From the NCBI GenBank assembly GCA_021323165.1, contig JAJTCJ010000017.1, positions 8,645 through 72,644 on the forward strand: 64,000 bases of DNA, given 5' to 3'. How positions within the stretch are numbered: the stretch's first letter is position 1; each line of letters begins with the position of its first letter. The position numbers and the translations under genes were made by a program. This document shows, piece after piece, positions 29,214 to 39,909 of this stretch. The notes below the pieces were generated by a model, which was not told where the DNA came from, made no database searches, and was given only the letters and a program-made list of their open reading frames with translations. The DNA is from Bacteroidota bacterium. GTDB taxonomy: Bacteria > Bacteroidota > Bacteroidia > 2-12-FULL-35-15.

Positions 29214-30125
29214 ATGAAAGCAATTAAACTCTTTGCCTTATTTTTTCTTGCAAGTACAGGCCTATCTGCTTCTCCCCTCATTCAGGATTCCCTTGGCCTG
29301 CCAGGAGATAATTTGGATCTCTATGGTGTACTGGAACTCTTTAAAAAATCAGAAAGTCCGGAAGAATTTGAAAAAGCTCTCAACACTCAGGATAATAAGC
29401 TTAATAATCTCGATCTGAATAACGATCAAAAGACAGATTACATTTATGTGATCGACAAAACAGAAAGCGATGCACATGCTTTAATACTACGTGTGGCAAC
29501 AAGTGATACAAAAACACAGGATGTTGCCGTAATTGAGATCGAGAAAAAAGGTGAAGAAAATGCTGTTGTTCAGATCGTTGGGGATGAAGCATTGTATGGT
29601 AAAGATTATATTATCGAACCTGCTGATGAAAAAGCTCCTGTTACTAAAACAGAGAAAACAGAAGATTCCAAATCAACAGTTATTGTGAATGTTTATCATT
29701 GGCCCGCAGTAAGGCATATTTACCGTCCAACATATGTTCGTTATGTTTCTCCCTGGGGTTTCAGTCATTACCCTGATTGGTGGAATCCATGGCCACCAAT
29801 GCTATGGGCTTACTATCATCCTCATTGGTATCCGTTTCGTATATATCACCGCAGAACATCCTTTTACCGTACACATCATGCCCATAAAGTTTACCATAAT
29901 CATGTTCACAGAAGTGTTAGTCCGGCACCACACCGCACAAATAATAAAAATTTGAATAGCTCTACGCGCAAAGGCACTGAACAGGCGCCAAGAAAACAGA
30001 AACCTGTTGTGAAAGGAAGTCAGTCAAGGCCGAAGCAGAACCCGGGAGTTAAAGGACAATCAAGGCCAAAACAAAGTCCTGCTCCTAGACAGAAAAATCA
30101 AGGTTCTAGTGGCAGAAGAAAATAG
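29214..30125 (+). CDS. Conserved secreted protein with EF-hand-like loop, Trp/Tyr/His-rich segment and basic tail
   Basis: Signal peptide; NNLDLNNDQKTDYI; VQIVGDEALYG; low-complexity K/R/P/Q C-terminus. Confidence 0.75.
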   Translation: MKAIKLFALFFLASTGLSASPLIQDSLGLPGDNLDLYGVLELFKKSESPEEFEKALNTQDNKLNNLDLNNDQKTDYIYVIDKTESDAHALILRVATSDTKTQDVAVIEIEKKGEENAVVQIVGDEALYGKDYIIEPADEKAPVTKTEKTEDSKSTVIVNVYHWPAVRHIYRPTYVRYVSPWGFSHYPDWWNPWPPMLWAYYHPHWYPFRIYHRRTSFYRTHHAHKVYHNHVHRSVSPAPHRTNNKNLNSSTRKGTEQAPRKQKPVVKGSQSRPKQNPGVKGQSRPKQSPAPRQKNQGSSGRRK

Positions 30126-30131
30126 TAAAAT

Positions 30132-30162
30132 AAAAAAGGGAAGCATGCGGCTTCCCTTTTTT
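30132..30162. terminator. Bidirectional intrinsic terminator
   Basis: AAAAAAGGGAAGC-loop-GCTTCCCTTTTTT. Confidence 0.85.
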
Positions 30163-31195
30163 ATTTTAAAAATCTTTCAGGTTTATCGATCTCTGAAAAT
30201 GTTTTTTTGCCTCTTAAATAAAAATCAGCGATCACTGAATGAAGATAAACCGCAGAAGTTGTGTAATATTTGATCTCTTTTTTTAATGCATTTCTCTTCG
30301 CCCTGGTAGATGAATGAGAATTATAAAAATTAAAGTGAGCCTTAATGATGGCTATAATATGACCGAACTCTCCTGACAAAAGAAATTTCATTCCTGCGAT
30401 TCCATCAAGTATCATTCTCCAGAAAAATTTAATGAAAAAATACTGAGGAGGATGATTTTTATAAATAAGCATGAGGTTATTCCGGAAATTCAAATATGTT
30501 TTTTTCGGACTGATCTTGTTCAGGGTCCCTCCTCCTACATGATATACTGTAGAATCCGGGCAATACATTATTTTATGACCAAAATTCTTTAGCCTCCAGC
30601 AGAGGTCTATTTCTTCCATATGAGCGAAAAAGTCTGCATCGAAACCATTTATCCTGTGAAAGCATTCAGCACGAATAAACATGCATGCTCCTGTCGCCCA
30701 GAATATTTCACGTACATCATTATACTGGCCTGTATCTTTTTCCAGATGATCAAACATACGCCCCCTGCAAAAGGGATATCCGTATTTATCTATAAAACCA
30801 CCGGCAGCACCGGCATATTCAAATGAATCTTTATCTTGATATGACTTGATCTTTGGTTGGCAAGCTGCAATATTTTTTTCGGAATCCATTAGACGAATAA
30901 CGGAATCGATCCAACCGGGAGTTACTTCTACATCTGAATTAAGAAGAACGTAGTATTCTGAATCAACGTGCTGTAAGGCATCATTGTATCCTTTTGCAAA
31001 TCCTCCATTTGCAGAATTGATTATAATCTTCACATTCGGATAATTCTCTTTCAGGAACGAAACAGAATCATCTGAAGAATTATTATCAGCAACAATTATT
31101 TCGGAGTCGGATGAATTGCAGGCAACAACGGACGGTAGAAATTTCTCAAGAAAATGTTTTCCATTCCAATTTAAAATAACTACCGCAACTTTCAT
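30161..31195 (-). CDS. Glycosyltransferase family 2
   Basis: VVILNWNG, DNNSSD, LLNSDVEV, EEIDLCWR, VYHVGG. Confidence 0.93.
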   Translation of the reverse strand: MKVAVVILNWNGKHFLEKFLPSVVACNSSDSEIIVADNNSSDDSVSFLKENYPNVKIIINSANGGFAKGYNDALQHVDSEYYVLLNSDVEVTPGWIDSVIRLMDSEKNIAACQPKIKSYQDKDSFEYAGAAGGFIDKYGYPFCRGRMFDHLEKDTGQYNDVREIFWATGACMFIRAECFHRINGFDADFFAHMEEIDLCWRLKNFGHKIMYCPDSTVYHVGGGTLNKISPKKTYLNFRNNLMLIYKNHPPQYFFIKFFWRMILDGIAGMKFLLSGEFGHIIAIIKAHFNFYNSHSSTRAKRNALKKEIKYYTTSAVYLHSVIADFYLRGKKTFSEIDKPERFLK

Positions 31196-31218
31196 ATAAT
31201 AATTGTTCGTCTTTATCC

Positions 31219-32727
31219 TTAACGCGGGTTGTTGAAATTATCTTTTGACTGTCCGCCAAAGTGATCCGGAGTTTTGTCAGCATCCATATCATTGGTTTGG
31301 GTATCACGCTTATGAAGAAGTAGATTCCAGCTTGTATTATAGATCTCCCCTTTTGCGTTTGAATGGATCAGCCTGTACTTATTGGTAACCAGATCCGGGT
31401 TATAGAAAACGAATTTTTTGCTGGATTGTTTATTATTAGGATTCGTAAATATCTGTTTTTTGTCGGTTAGCGTATAGTATTCCCATATCTCATATGGATA
31501 AGCACTGGGTTCATGTTCAGACATGGCACGCTGATCAGGAGTTCCGTATTGAAGATAAACTCTGCCTCTGTCAGTATCATAACCTTTTAAGCCATAAGTC
31601 CCAAATTCCTTATTTACTTTCAAGACTTCCTTATAGTAATTCAACCAGCTTAATTCAGCATTATCAGGATATCTCGATTTCCAGAATACAAACAAAAACT
31701 GCTGCATCAAGGTCACATCTCTTTCTTTCAGCTGATTCTCCATAAAATCAATTTCGCTTGCACTTGCAATAGGACGCAGACATCTTAGGTACTCCATTAA
31801 TGTATCTCTGCTTTTATAATTTCCTGTAAATGTTTTAGATATATCCAGCGTTTTCAAATCTTCCACGCTAAGCTGCAGCGATTTATTCTTCCGCTGAATA
31901 AAACATTTCTGTTCTGCATGCAGCATATTATCCTTATCACGGACTTCTAAAACAAGATTATAATTACCGGTAGGCAACTCTTCTATATTAAATTCAGCTA
32001 GTATTATATTCACATCATTTGGCACCTGTTTGGAAAAAGCCCCGTATTCGCTTAATTTAACTTTAGTTTCATAATTCTCAATAAAATAGGAGATCAGGAT
32101 CTTCTGCCCTTCACCAATTATCTTTTTAGCATTATATATCTCTGTATAAAAGCGAAGTTTGGAAATGTTTTCCGGGTAATATGTTGATACATAAGGTAAA
32201 AGATCATAACCGCTTTTTGTCAAAGGTCCGGATGTAACACTTTTTGTATATGATTCAAGTAATTCAATGTCGGAAACGGAGATCACTTCATCAGGGAAAC
32301 GAATATTGATAGGCATTTTTGTTATCATTGGTGCAGACAAAGGCAAATTTTTATCTGCAATAGATATTTCAACATCATATAATCCATTTGGCAGCGTATA
32401 TCGCTGCTGGTCAATAAAATTTGGAAATCCTTGAAGAGTATCATTTATTTCAGGACTATTCAAAGAGTACTTCTGAGCATTTTTTAATTCTCCATTCTGG
32501 GAAAAACTGATGGCTATATCCACAGTTCCCTGATACTTTCCATTGGCATTCCTGATGAATTTTACAGAATTCCCAATAACGGAAAGGTGTGTTTCATAAT
32601 ATGGAACTTTTCCGGGAACGTTAAAAGCAGCCGATGTAAGATAAGCAACAACATTGGCTGATGTTGTATTATGCACTAACATACAAATAGTTAGCACAAA
32701 TAATAATGATATTTTTTTCATTAGCAA
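31219..32727 (-). CDS. GWxTD domain-containing protein
   Basis: Signal peptide; GYDTDRGRVYLQYGTPD...YEIWEY. Confidence 0.85.
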   Translation of the reverse strand: MLMKKISLLFVLTICMLVHNTTSANVVAYLTSAAFNVPGKVPYYETHLSVIGNSVKFIRNANGKYQGTVDIAISFSQNGELKNAQKYSLNSPEINDTLQGFPNFIDQQRYTLPNGLYDVEISIADKNLPLSAPMITKMPINIRFPDEVISVSDIELLESYTKSVTSGPLTKSGYDLLPYVSTYYPENISKLRFYTEIYNAKKIIGEGQKILISYFIENYETKVKLSEYGAFSKQVPNDVNIILAEFNIEELPTGNYNLVLEVRDKDNMLHAEQKCFIQRKNKSLQLSVEDLKTLDISKTFTGNYKSRDTLMEYLRCLRPIASASEIDFMENQLKERDVTLMQQFLFVFWKSRYPDNAELSWLNYYKEVLKVNKEFGTYGLKGYDTDRGRVYLQYGTPDQRAMSEHEPSAYPYEIWEYYTLTDKKQIFTNPNNKQSSKKFVFYNPDLVTNKYRLIHSNAKGEIYNTSWNLLLHKRDTQTNDMDADKTPDHFGGQSKDNFNNPR

Positions 32728-32837
32728 CTATATTTTAATGATTACAATGGCTATGGGGAGTCTTACAAAGTTACGGAATAAATATATTTTTTACAGATTT
32801 TTTGATGTGGAAATAAAAAAAATAGTACTTTCGCAGC

Positions 32838-32922
32838 GGAGAGCTGGCAGAGTGGTCGATTGCGGCAGTCTTGAAAACTGTTGAAGGTAACACTTCCGGG
32901 GGTTCGAATCCCTCGCTCTCCG
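32838..32922 (+). tRNA. tRNA-Ser (anticodon TGA)
   Basis: GGAGAGC/GCTCTCC acceptor stem; CT-TGA-AA loop; long variable arm; GTTCGAATC; CCA not encoded. Confidence 0.96.
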
Positions 32923-32935
32923 CTGAAATCAAGCT

Positions 32936-32963
32936 AAAGTCCCGAAGAGATTCGGGACTTTTT
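32936..32963 (+). terminator. Terminator after tRNA-Ser
   Basis: AAGTCCCGAA-GAGA-TTCGGGACTT followed by T-tract. Confidence 0.8.
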
Positions 32964-32983
32964 GCTTTTACAACCTTTATCTA

Positions 32984-34030
32984 ATGTTAAATCACATCAA
33001 CTCCAGCATTGAAAAATTAAGCGTTCACAGGATCGGAAATAAAAATAATGATGAAGACCTGGTACTTTCTAAGGACGTTCTTGATATTGCAAATGAGGAA
33101 TTAAAAGGATTATTGATAAAATTCTTTCTTCAGCCTTTTGTTAATCCGGAGTATTACAACTTTACATTTTCCAATAAGGATGTAACACTTAATCCCATGT
33201 ATCGCTTTGCGACTGCTATATTTGAGAACCAGATCGACTTTCATATCAACAGTGAGTACATTGCAAAACAGCTCTATGAATTATCGAATCATCCCCAGAT
33301 AAAATCCGGAGATCTTTTTGTAGTTTACTTTACTGATATAATGCTGGACAACATAGCTTATGAAGCAGTAGGTGTATTCAAATCTGAGAACAAACACGCA
33401 TTTCTGAAGATTGAAGAAGGTAAAGACTTCTTTTCAATTAATTCTGAAGAAGGAATAAATATTGAAAAGCTCGATAAAGGCTGTCTTATACTTAATATTG
33501 ATAAGGAAAATGGTTATAAGGTTTGTATTGTTGACAAATCAAACAAATCTTCCGAAGCTCAGTATTGGAAAGATCAGTTTTTACTTCTGACTGTTTGTAA
33601 GGATGATTATCATCACACAAAACAATTCATGAATATCACCAAGAACTTTGTTGCAAAACAATTAACGGAAGATTTTGATGTTACAAGGACTGATCAGATC
33701 GAGCTCTTAAAAAAATCCGTTGATTATTTTAAAAAGAAAGACACATTTGATATTAAAGAATTCGAGGAAGAAGTATTTCAGGATAAAGCCGTTATTAAAT
33801 CATTCCGCAGCTTTGATAACGAATACAGAACTGACAACAATCTTGAAATAGCCGATACATTTGAGATTTCTGATCAAGCCGTAAAAAAACAGGCAAAGAT
33901 CTTCAAAAGTGTTTTAAAGCTTGATAAAAATTTCCATATCTATATACATGGTGATAACAGGATGATAGAACAGGGTGTTGACGATGACGGGAGAAAATTT
34001 TATAAGATCTACTATAAAGAAGAACAATAA
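32984..34030 (+). CDS. Nucleoid-associated protein (NdpA/YejK, NA37-like)
   Basis: SVHRIGNK, HPQIKSGDL, GVFKSE, KLDKGCLI, YWKDQFL, LKLDKNFHIYIHG pattern. Confidence 0.8.
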   Translation: MLNHINSSIEKLSVHRIGNKNNDEDLVLSKDVLDIANEELKGLLIKFFLQPFVNPEYYNFTFSNKDVTLNPMYRFATAIFENQIDFHINSEYIAKQLYELSNHPQIKSGDLFVVYFTDIMLDNIAYEAVGVFKSENKHAFLKIEEGKDFFSINSEEGINIEKLDKGCLILNIDKENGYKVCIVDKSNKSSEAQYWKDQFLLLTVCKDDYHHTKQFMNITKNFVAKQLTEDFDVTRTDQIELLKKSVDYFKKKDTFDIKEFEEEVFQDKAVIKSFRSFDNEYRTDNNLEIADTFEISDQAVKKQAKIFKSVLKLDKNFHIYIHGDNRMIEQGVDDDGRKFYKIYYKEEQ

Positions 34031-34043
34031 TTTGTTATTCTGA

Positions 34044-34472
34044 TCATTCGTTATAATCACTTGGAGCTATGCATGTCTTCCAGTATTCAACGATCTTTTT
34101 CATTGTATCTTCAAGCTCCTGGATCTCACTGGGTTTACGAAAAAATCCCTGAACAGACATTGCATAAGCATCAGCAACTGAAGTCTTATCCGCACCTGTA
34201 CTGAAAAACAAAAAAGGCACGCACTTTAATGCCAATGCTTTATTTTCATGGATCTTTTGTCTGAGCTCAAATCCATTGATCTTCGGCATATTGATATCGG
34301 AGATTATCAGGAAAGGAGTCTTATCAGTTTTATCAAGGAATTCAAGCGCATCATTACCATCAGTAAAAAACTGCAGCTCATTAGAATAATCCAGATTTTT
34401 AAATATTTCAGTTAATATCCTTTGATCGCCCTGATTATCCTCAATTACGATTATTGGTCCGTGTTTGTCCAT
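34044..34472 (-). CDS. Single-domain response regulator
   Basis: IEDN, SDINMP, FFST, RKP receiver motifs. Confidence 0.9.
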   Translation of the reverse strand: MDKHGPIIVIEDNQGDQRILTEIFKNLDYSNELQFFTDGNDALEFLDKTDKTPFLIISDINMPKINGFELRQKIHENKALALKCVPFLFFSTGADKTSVADAYAMSVQGFFRKPSEIQELEDTMKKIVEYWKTCIAPSDYNE

Positions 34473-34657
34473 TCTCTTTTTTATTCCTTCCTTCTAAACA
34501 TTCATACCCGGGTATATTATTTGTAAATAAACTAATGATAATAAGAACCAAAGAAAAGCGGACATCCCGGTCAGATGTATGGGGGAAAAACTTCTACATG
34601 CTTTTTTTCTGAATATTAAAATCAATAAATATCTTTATTCAACAGTAAATTTAAATT

Positions 34658-35038
34658 ATGCCGTATCACCATTTACTACTTATTGATGACGATGATGATG
34701 ATCAGGAGATCTTTCTAACCGCACTTGAAAAAGTATCAAAATCAGTAAAATGCACAACATTCAATAATGCCAAGGAAGCTTTAGAAGCCCTCATAAATAA
34801 AGAAGTTGAGCCGGATGTTATTTTCCTTGATCTCAATATGCCTTTGATGAACGGACAGCAATTCTTAATGGAAATAAAGAAAATCGATAGCCTCAAAAAG
34901 ATCCCGGTGATCATTTTTTCAACTTCTTCTCATTCAGGAACCATTGAGCTTACAAAGGAACTTGGTGCTCACGATTTTATAACTAAGCCCGATAAGTTTG
35001 ATGATCTTATTAATATACTGAAGCCTCTTATCAATTAA
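34658..35038 (+). CDS. Single-domain response regulator
   Basis: IDDD, FLDLNMP, FSTS, TKP; TAATG overlap with the downstream kinase. Confidence 0.92.
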   Translation: MPYHHLLLIDDDDDDQEIFLTALEKVSKSVKCTTFNNAKEALEALINKEVEPDVIFLDLNMPLMNGQQFLMEIKKIDSLKKIPVIIFSTSSHSGTIELTKELGAHDFITKPDKFDDLINILKPLIN

Positions 35039-37533
35039 TGAGTACAATACTAATTCATTTGGAAAAAGAAATTACTAAAACCAAGCATCAATTCCTCCAG
35101 GGTGGCGGAGAGATGGGAGAATTAACCAGGGAATACGACTGGGCTAATACACCGATCGGAGAGCCCGACAAATGGCCACAAAGTTTACGGACAACTGTCG
35201 CCATGATACTGAATTCTAAATTCCCCATGTTCCTGTGGTGGGGAGAAGATCTGATCCAGTTTTATAATGATGCTTACCGACCGAGCCTTGGTAATGAAGG
35301 TAAGCATCCGACAGCATTAGGACAAAAAGGAAAAGACTGCTGGCCTGAGATCTGGGCTGTTATTTATCCACTGATCAAGCAGGTAAGAGAAACAGGAGAA
35401 GCAACCTGGAGTGAAGATCAGCTTATCCCCATCTATCGAAACGGAAAATTAGAAGATGTTTACTGGACCTTTGGTTACAGTCCGATCAGAGGTGAAACCG
35501 AAGAAATAGAAGGAGTTCTGGTAGTGTGTAATGAAACTACTGAGAAAGTTCAGAACAATCAAAAGCTTGAACAATCAGAAAAGCGTTTTCAAAATCTCAT
35601 CAGGGAAGCAACCGTTGGAATTGTTGTCTTAACAGGTCAAGACATGGTCGTGGAGGTTGTTAATGAATCATACGGAAAGCTGATCGACAGAAAACCAGAA
35701 GAGCTGATAGGAAAAAAGCTCTTTGAAATTATCCCGGAAACCGGACCATATTTTAGGAAAATGATGGAAGGAGTCAGGGATACCGGAAAACCTGTATTCT
35801 TATATGATCATCCGTATTTTGTGTATTCAAAAGGAGAAAAGATCGAAGGGTATTTGAACATCATTTATCAGCCATACCGTGAAGAAGATGGAAGAACAAC
35901 CGGAGTAATGGCTTTATGTCATGATGTTACGGAGCAGGTTCTCTCAAAGAACAGATTACAGATAAGTGAAGAACGGACAAAAAGCCTTGTAGAAAGTGCA
36001 CCATTTCCTATAGGTGTATATATCGGAAAAGATATGGTGATCGAACTTGCTAATCAGGCGATTCTTGATGTGTGGGGAAAAGGGAATGATGTTATTGGCA
36101 AAAAATATTCTGATATTCTTCCGGAACTTGAAAATCAGAAGATCTTTGATCAGCTGGAAAGTGTTTATACAACCGGAATGCCTTTTCATGCAAAGAACCA
36201 GCGAGTGGATCTAGTCGTAGATAATAAAATGCGGATCTATTATTTCAATTACAGCTTCACACCTCTTTACAACAGTCATGGAGATATCTATGGCGTAATG
36301 AATACTGCTGCCGATGTTACTGACCTTGTTAAAATAAAAACTCAGCTGGAAAAAAGTGAAGATAATTTAAAGAACACCATTCTGCAGGCACCAGTTGCTA
36401 TGTGTCGTTTACGTGGGGCCAATCACCTTGTTGAGATCGCAAACATACGAATGCTGGAGCTGTGGGGAAAAACAGGAGAAGAGATCATTAACAAGCCTTT
36501 GTTTGAAGGGTTGCCCGAAGCCAAGGATCAGGGCTTTGAAGCTATGCTTGATAATGTTTATCAGAACGGAGCAACCGAGATAGCGCAGGCTGTCCCGGTT
36601 ACCTTACCCCGTAACGGGACCCTTGAGGTAGTTTATGTAAACTTTGTTTACGAAGCTTATCATGAACCTGATGGAAGCGTTTCTGGGATCATGGTTGTGG
36701 CTTCCGATGTAACAGCCCAGGTAATAGCAAAAAATAAAATTGAAGAAGTTGTTGCGAAACGCACAAAAGAACTTGCTGACACTAACAGTGATCTTCAGCG
36801 TTCGAATGCGGAGCTTGCTCAGTTTGCATATATCGCCTCACATGACCTTCAGGAACCTTTGAGAAAGATAAGCACTTATACGCAAATGCTTGAGAATCAG
36901 CTTGAGAATATTGATGACAAATCAAGAAACTATTTTAATAAGATCACAAGTGCTTCCTCAAGGATGAATAAACTTATCCGTGATGTACTTACCTATTCTG
37001 AACTGGTAAGGGAAAACGATGTGTTTGAAAAAGTAGATCTTAATAAAATTGCAGATGCAATCACTAACGATTTCGAGTTATTGATTGAGCAAAAGCAGGC
37101 TGTGATAAAATATCATGATCTTCCTGTGATTGAGGCAATACCATTACAGATGTCTCAGCTCTTCAGTAATATGCTTTCAAATGCGCTGAAGTTTTCCAAA
37201 CCCGGTGTAAAGCCAGTTATTACTATCTCATCAAAACAATTATCTTCCAATGAAGTTAAACTGATTCCTGATCTCGACCCTAAAAAATTATATTATAAAA
37301 TAGTGTTTAAGGATAATGGAATTGGATTTCGCTCGGAACACGGAGAGCAGATCTTTAATATCTTTCAGCGCCTTCATCGCAAATCCGAATATGAAGGAAC
37401 AGGTATAGGATTAGCTATGTGTAAAAAGATTGCAAAGAATCACAATGGCGATGTTAATGCTGATGGAACATCCGACAAAGGGGCAATATTCAACATTATC
37501 CTGCCGGCAACACATGTTTCGATTAAAAAGTAA
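35038..37533 (+). CDS. Cytoplasmic multi-PAS sensor histidine kinase
   Basis: Four PAS/PAC-like repeats; SHDLQEPLRKI H-box; NALKF, DNGIGF, GTGIGL. Confidence 0.93.
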   Translation: MSTILIHLEKEITKTKHQFLQGGGEMGELTREYDWANTPIGEPDKWPQSLRTTVAMILNSKFPMFLWWGEDLIQFYNDAYRPSLGNEGKHPTALGQKGKDCWPEIWAVIYPLIKQVRETGEATWSEDQLIPIYRNGKLEDVYWTFGYSPIRGETEEIEGVLVVCNETTEKVQNNQKLEQSEKRFQNLIREATVGIVVLTGQDMVVEVVNESYGKLIDRKPEELIGKKLFEIIPETGPYFRKMMEGVRDTGKPVFLYDHPYFVYSKGEKIEGYLNIIYQPYREEDGRTTGVMALCHDVTEQVLSKNRLQISEERTKSLVESAPFPIGVYIGKDMVIELANQAILDVWGKGNDVIGKKYSDILPELENQKIFDQLESVYTTGMPFHAKNQRVDLVVDNKMRIYYFNYSFTPLYNSHGDIYGVMNTAADVTDLVKIKTQLEKSEDNLKNTILQAPVAMCRLRGANHLVEIANIRMLELWGKTGEEIINKPLFEGLPEAKDQGFEAMLDNVYQNGATEIAQAVPVTLPRNGTLEVVYVNFVYEAYHEPDGSVSGIMVVASDVTAQVIAKNKIEEVVAKRTKELADTNSDLQRSNAELAQFAYIASHDLQEPLRKISTYTQMLENQLENIDDKSRNYFNKITSASSRMNKLIRDVLTYSELVRENDVFEKVDLNKIADAITNDFELLIEQKQAVIKYHDLPVIEAIPLQMSQLFSNMLSNALKFSKPGVKPVITISSKQLSSNEVKLIPDLDPKKLYYKIVFKDNGIGFRSEHGEQIFNIFQRLHRKSEYEGTGIGLAMCKKIAKNHNGDVNADGTSDKGAIFNIILPATHVSIKK

Positions 37534-37567
37534 TAGAAGAAAAGCTCCTTCCAGTGCTTTTCTTCTA
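37534..37567. terminator. Bidirectional hairpin between the convergent kinase genes
   Basis: TAGAAGAAAAGC / GCTTTTCTTCTA inverted repeat. Confidence 0.7.
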
Positions 37568-37572
37568 TATAA

Positions 37573-39909
37573 TTATTTCAGTTCTTCAATTTCCATTTTG
37601 AGAGGATCTTTAACCTCATTATAACATTTTTCTATCTCATTATATTTGAGACGTATCTCCTCTATAGGATATTTATTATCTGCCAAACGCTCCACCTGCT
37701 TGATTATATCACCAGTTTCTTCAATACCCAAAGTAAGAAATAAGCCCTTCATACTATGCGCGTATATTTTAATATCCCCATAATTTTTCTGATCTATTGA
37801 GGACTTTAGTTTTGTAAGTGCCTGCGGAACATCATTAATAAACAAGGTGATCATTTCAATGATAAATTCCTTATCACCATCAGCATGATCGATGAGGTAA
37901 TCAAGATTAAATAAAGGCTTCCCTTTAGATACATTTTTAACAACCACTTTTTCAGGTTTGCCGGACTTATTCATTAGCTGCATGATCACTTTTTTTAAGT
38001 AGTTTGCATTAAAGGGTTTTGACACATATGCATTCATCCCGATATTGATACATCTCTCAGCCTCAGAATTGGACGCATGCGCAGTAATAGCAATTATCGG
38101 AATGTTCTTTTTACGATAATCCTTCATGTCCCTGATAATACGAGTGGCAGTATAACCATCTATTTCAGGCATCTGAATATCCATCAGTATAAGATCATAA
38201 TCCTTCTCTTTTAATTTTTCTATCGCTTCTGCTCCATTGTTAGCAATATCAAGTTTATACTTCCACTTGGCCATTATCTTCTGAACAAGCCTTTGATTCA
38301 AAGGAATGTCCTCTGCAAGCAGAACTGAATATGATTCATTACTATCTGAAGTTACACCAACATTTTTCGTTATATCCACGCTTGGTTTTTCGGTGGTCTT
38401 CTTAAATCGCATAATAAAGTTAAAAGTAGAACCTACTCCTTCTTTGCTTTCTACTTCTATCTTTCCGCCTTGAAGTTCTACCAATTGCTGAACAATTGTC
38501 AAACCCAAACCAGTACCACCATATTTCCTTGTTGTATCTGAAGAGCCCTGCGTAAATCTTTCAAATATCAATTTGATCTTTTCAGGAGGAATTCCAATGC
38601 CTGTATCTTTAATACTGAACTTATATTTAATATCAAGCCCGGTATCTTCCAAAACTTCTGTACTGATGCTCACCTCACCTTTTTCTGTGAACTTGATGGC
38701 GTTACCAATAAGGTTCAGGAGTATCTGACTTAATCTTGCTGAATCACCCATTAAATATTCAGGAGATGCCGGATCTATTTTAATACTGATCTGAATATCT
38801 TTTTCCTGAGCTCTGTGTTCAACCAATTCAACAACTGATCTAATAATTTCAGTCACACTGAAACTCGCTTCTTCAAAAATAAATTTTCCTGCTTCTATTT
38901 TAGAAAGATCAAGTATATCATTAATGATTACGAGCAAGTTTTTACCAGCAAAATCAATAGATTCAACATATTCTCTTTGCTCAGGATTCAATTGTGTTTC
39001 TTTAAGAAGCTCCTGAAAACCAAGGATCGCATTTAAAGGAGTGCGGATCTCATGGCTCATACTTGCCAGGAATTGTTCTTTTACGGTTTTAGATTCTTCG
39101 GCTATTTTTTTAGCAGCGATAAGCTTTGCATTTTTTTCAACGAGTTCCTGGGTTCTTTCTTTAACTCTTAATTCAAGCTGATTATTAGTTTCAGATAATG
39201 TATGATCATGTTTTTCAATCTTCTCAATCATTTTATTAAAGGCCATAGAAAGTTTCGCTACTTCATCCTTTCCTTTAAAACGGGAACGCAGACTGAAATT
39301 CCCGCTTTTCATTACATCTTCCATTACATTAACCAGATCAATGATTGGAGTTGAAATATATTTCTGTAAGAAATATGCAAGGAAGTAAGCTAATAATCCG
39401 CCTATAAAAATGATCAGTAGCGCGAGTTTCATTTTTTTATAAAGCTGTGCTTGAATATCTGAAAGATCAACCTTCAGGCATACTGTACCAAGCCACTCCT
39501 TATTACTGAATATTTTATAATAAACGAACAGATCATTTCCACTTGTATGAGAGAACATGTTCATTTTAGGTACATACGAAAATGTAAACGGGTCTGCCTG
39601 TTTGCGCGTAAATGCAGCGAATACTTTCCCTGTAGTGTCAATAATACTGGCGTTGGTTATTGTTGATTCAACATTAAGATCGGTAAGTGTTTCATAAGCA
39701 GTTTCTGTATCACCAAAAAGGATTGGAGCTACTGTATTTGAACCAATAACCTGTGCAATGGAAGAACTTGATTTGATCTTATTCTCACGCATTGCCTTAT
39801 AATCGATGACCACAAATGTAAGGGAACATAAAACGATCACTACCACAGCAGTGGTAAGCTGCATTAAGATCAGCTTACGGTGAATCGATATATTAGTTAA
39901 CAATCCCAT
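37573..39909 (-). CDS. Hybrid sensor kinase (periplasmic CHASE8-like, HAMP, HisKA, HATPase, REC, Hpt)
   Basis: Two TM helices; DEVAKLSMAFN HAMP; SHEIRTPLN; GGTGLGL; LMDIQMP; AHSMKG Hpt. Confidence 0.92.
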   Translation of the reverse strand: MGLLTNISIHRKLILMQLTTAVVVIVLCSLTFVVIDYKAMRENKIKSSSSIAQVIGSNTVAPILFGDTETAYETLTDLNVESTITNASIIDTTGKVFAAFTRKQADPFTFSYVPKMNMFSHTSGNDLFVYYKIFSNKEWLGTVCLKVDLSDIQAQLYKKMKLALLIIFIGGLLAYFLAYFLQKYISTPIIDLVNVMEDVMKSGNFSLRSRFKGKDEVAKLSMAFNKMIEKIEKHDHTLSETNNQLELRVKERTQELVEKNAKLIAAKKIAEESKTVKEQFLASMSHEIRTPLNAILGFQELLKETQLNPEQREYVESIDFAGKNLLVIINDILDLSKIEAGKFIFEEASFSVTEIIRSVVELVEHRAQEKDIQISIKIDPASPEYLMGDSARLSQILLNLIGNAIKFTEKGEVSISTEVLEDTGLDIKYKFSIKDTGIGIPPEKIKLIFERFTQGSSDTTRKYGGTGLGLTIVQQLVELQGGKIEVESKEGVGSTFNFIMRFKKTTEKPSVDITKNVGVTSDSNESYSVLLAEDIPLNQRLVQKIMAKWKYKLDIANNGAEAIEKLKEKDYDLILMDIQMPEIDGYTATRIIRDMKDYRKKNIPIIAITAHASNSEAERCINIGMNAYVSKPFNANYLKKVIMQLMNKSGKPEKVVVKNVSKGKPLFNLDYLIDHADGDKEFIIEMITLFINDVPQALTKLKSSIDQKNYGDIKIYAHSMKGLFLTLGIEETGDIIKQVERLADNKYPIEEIRLKYNEIEKCYNEVKDPLKMEIEELK

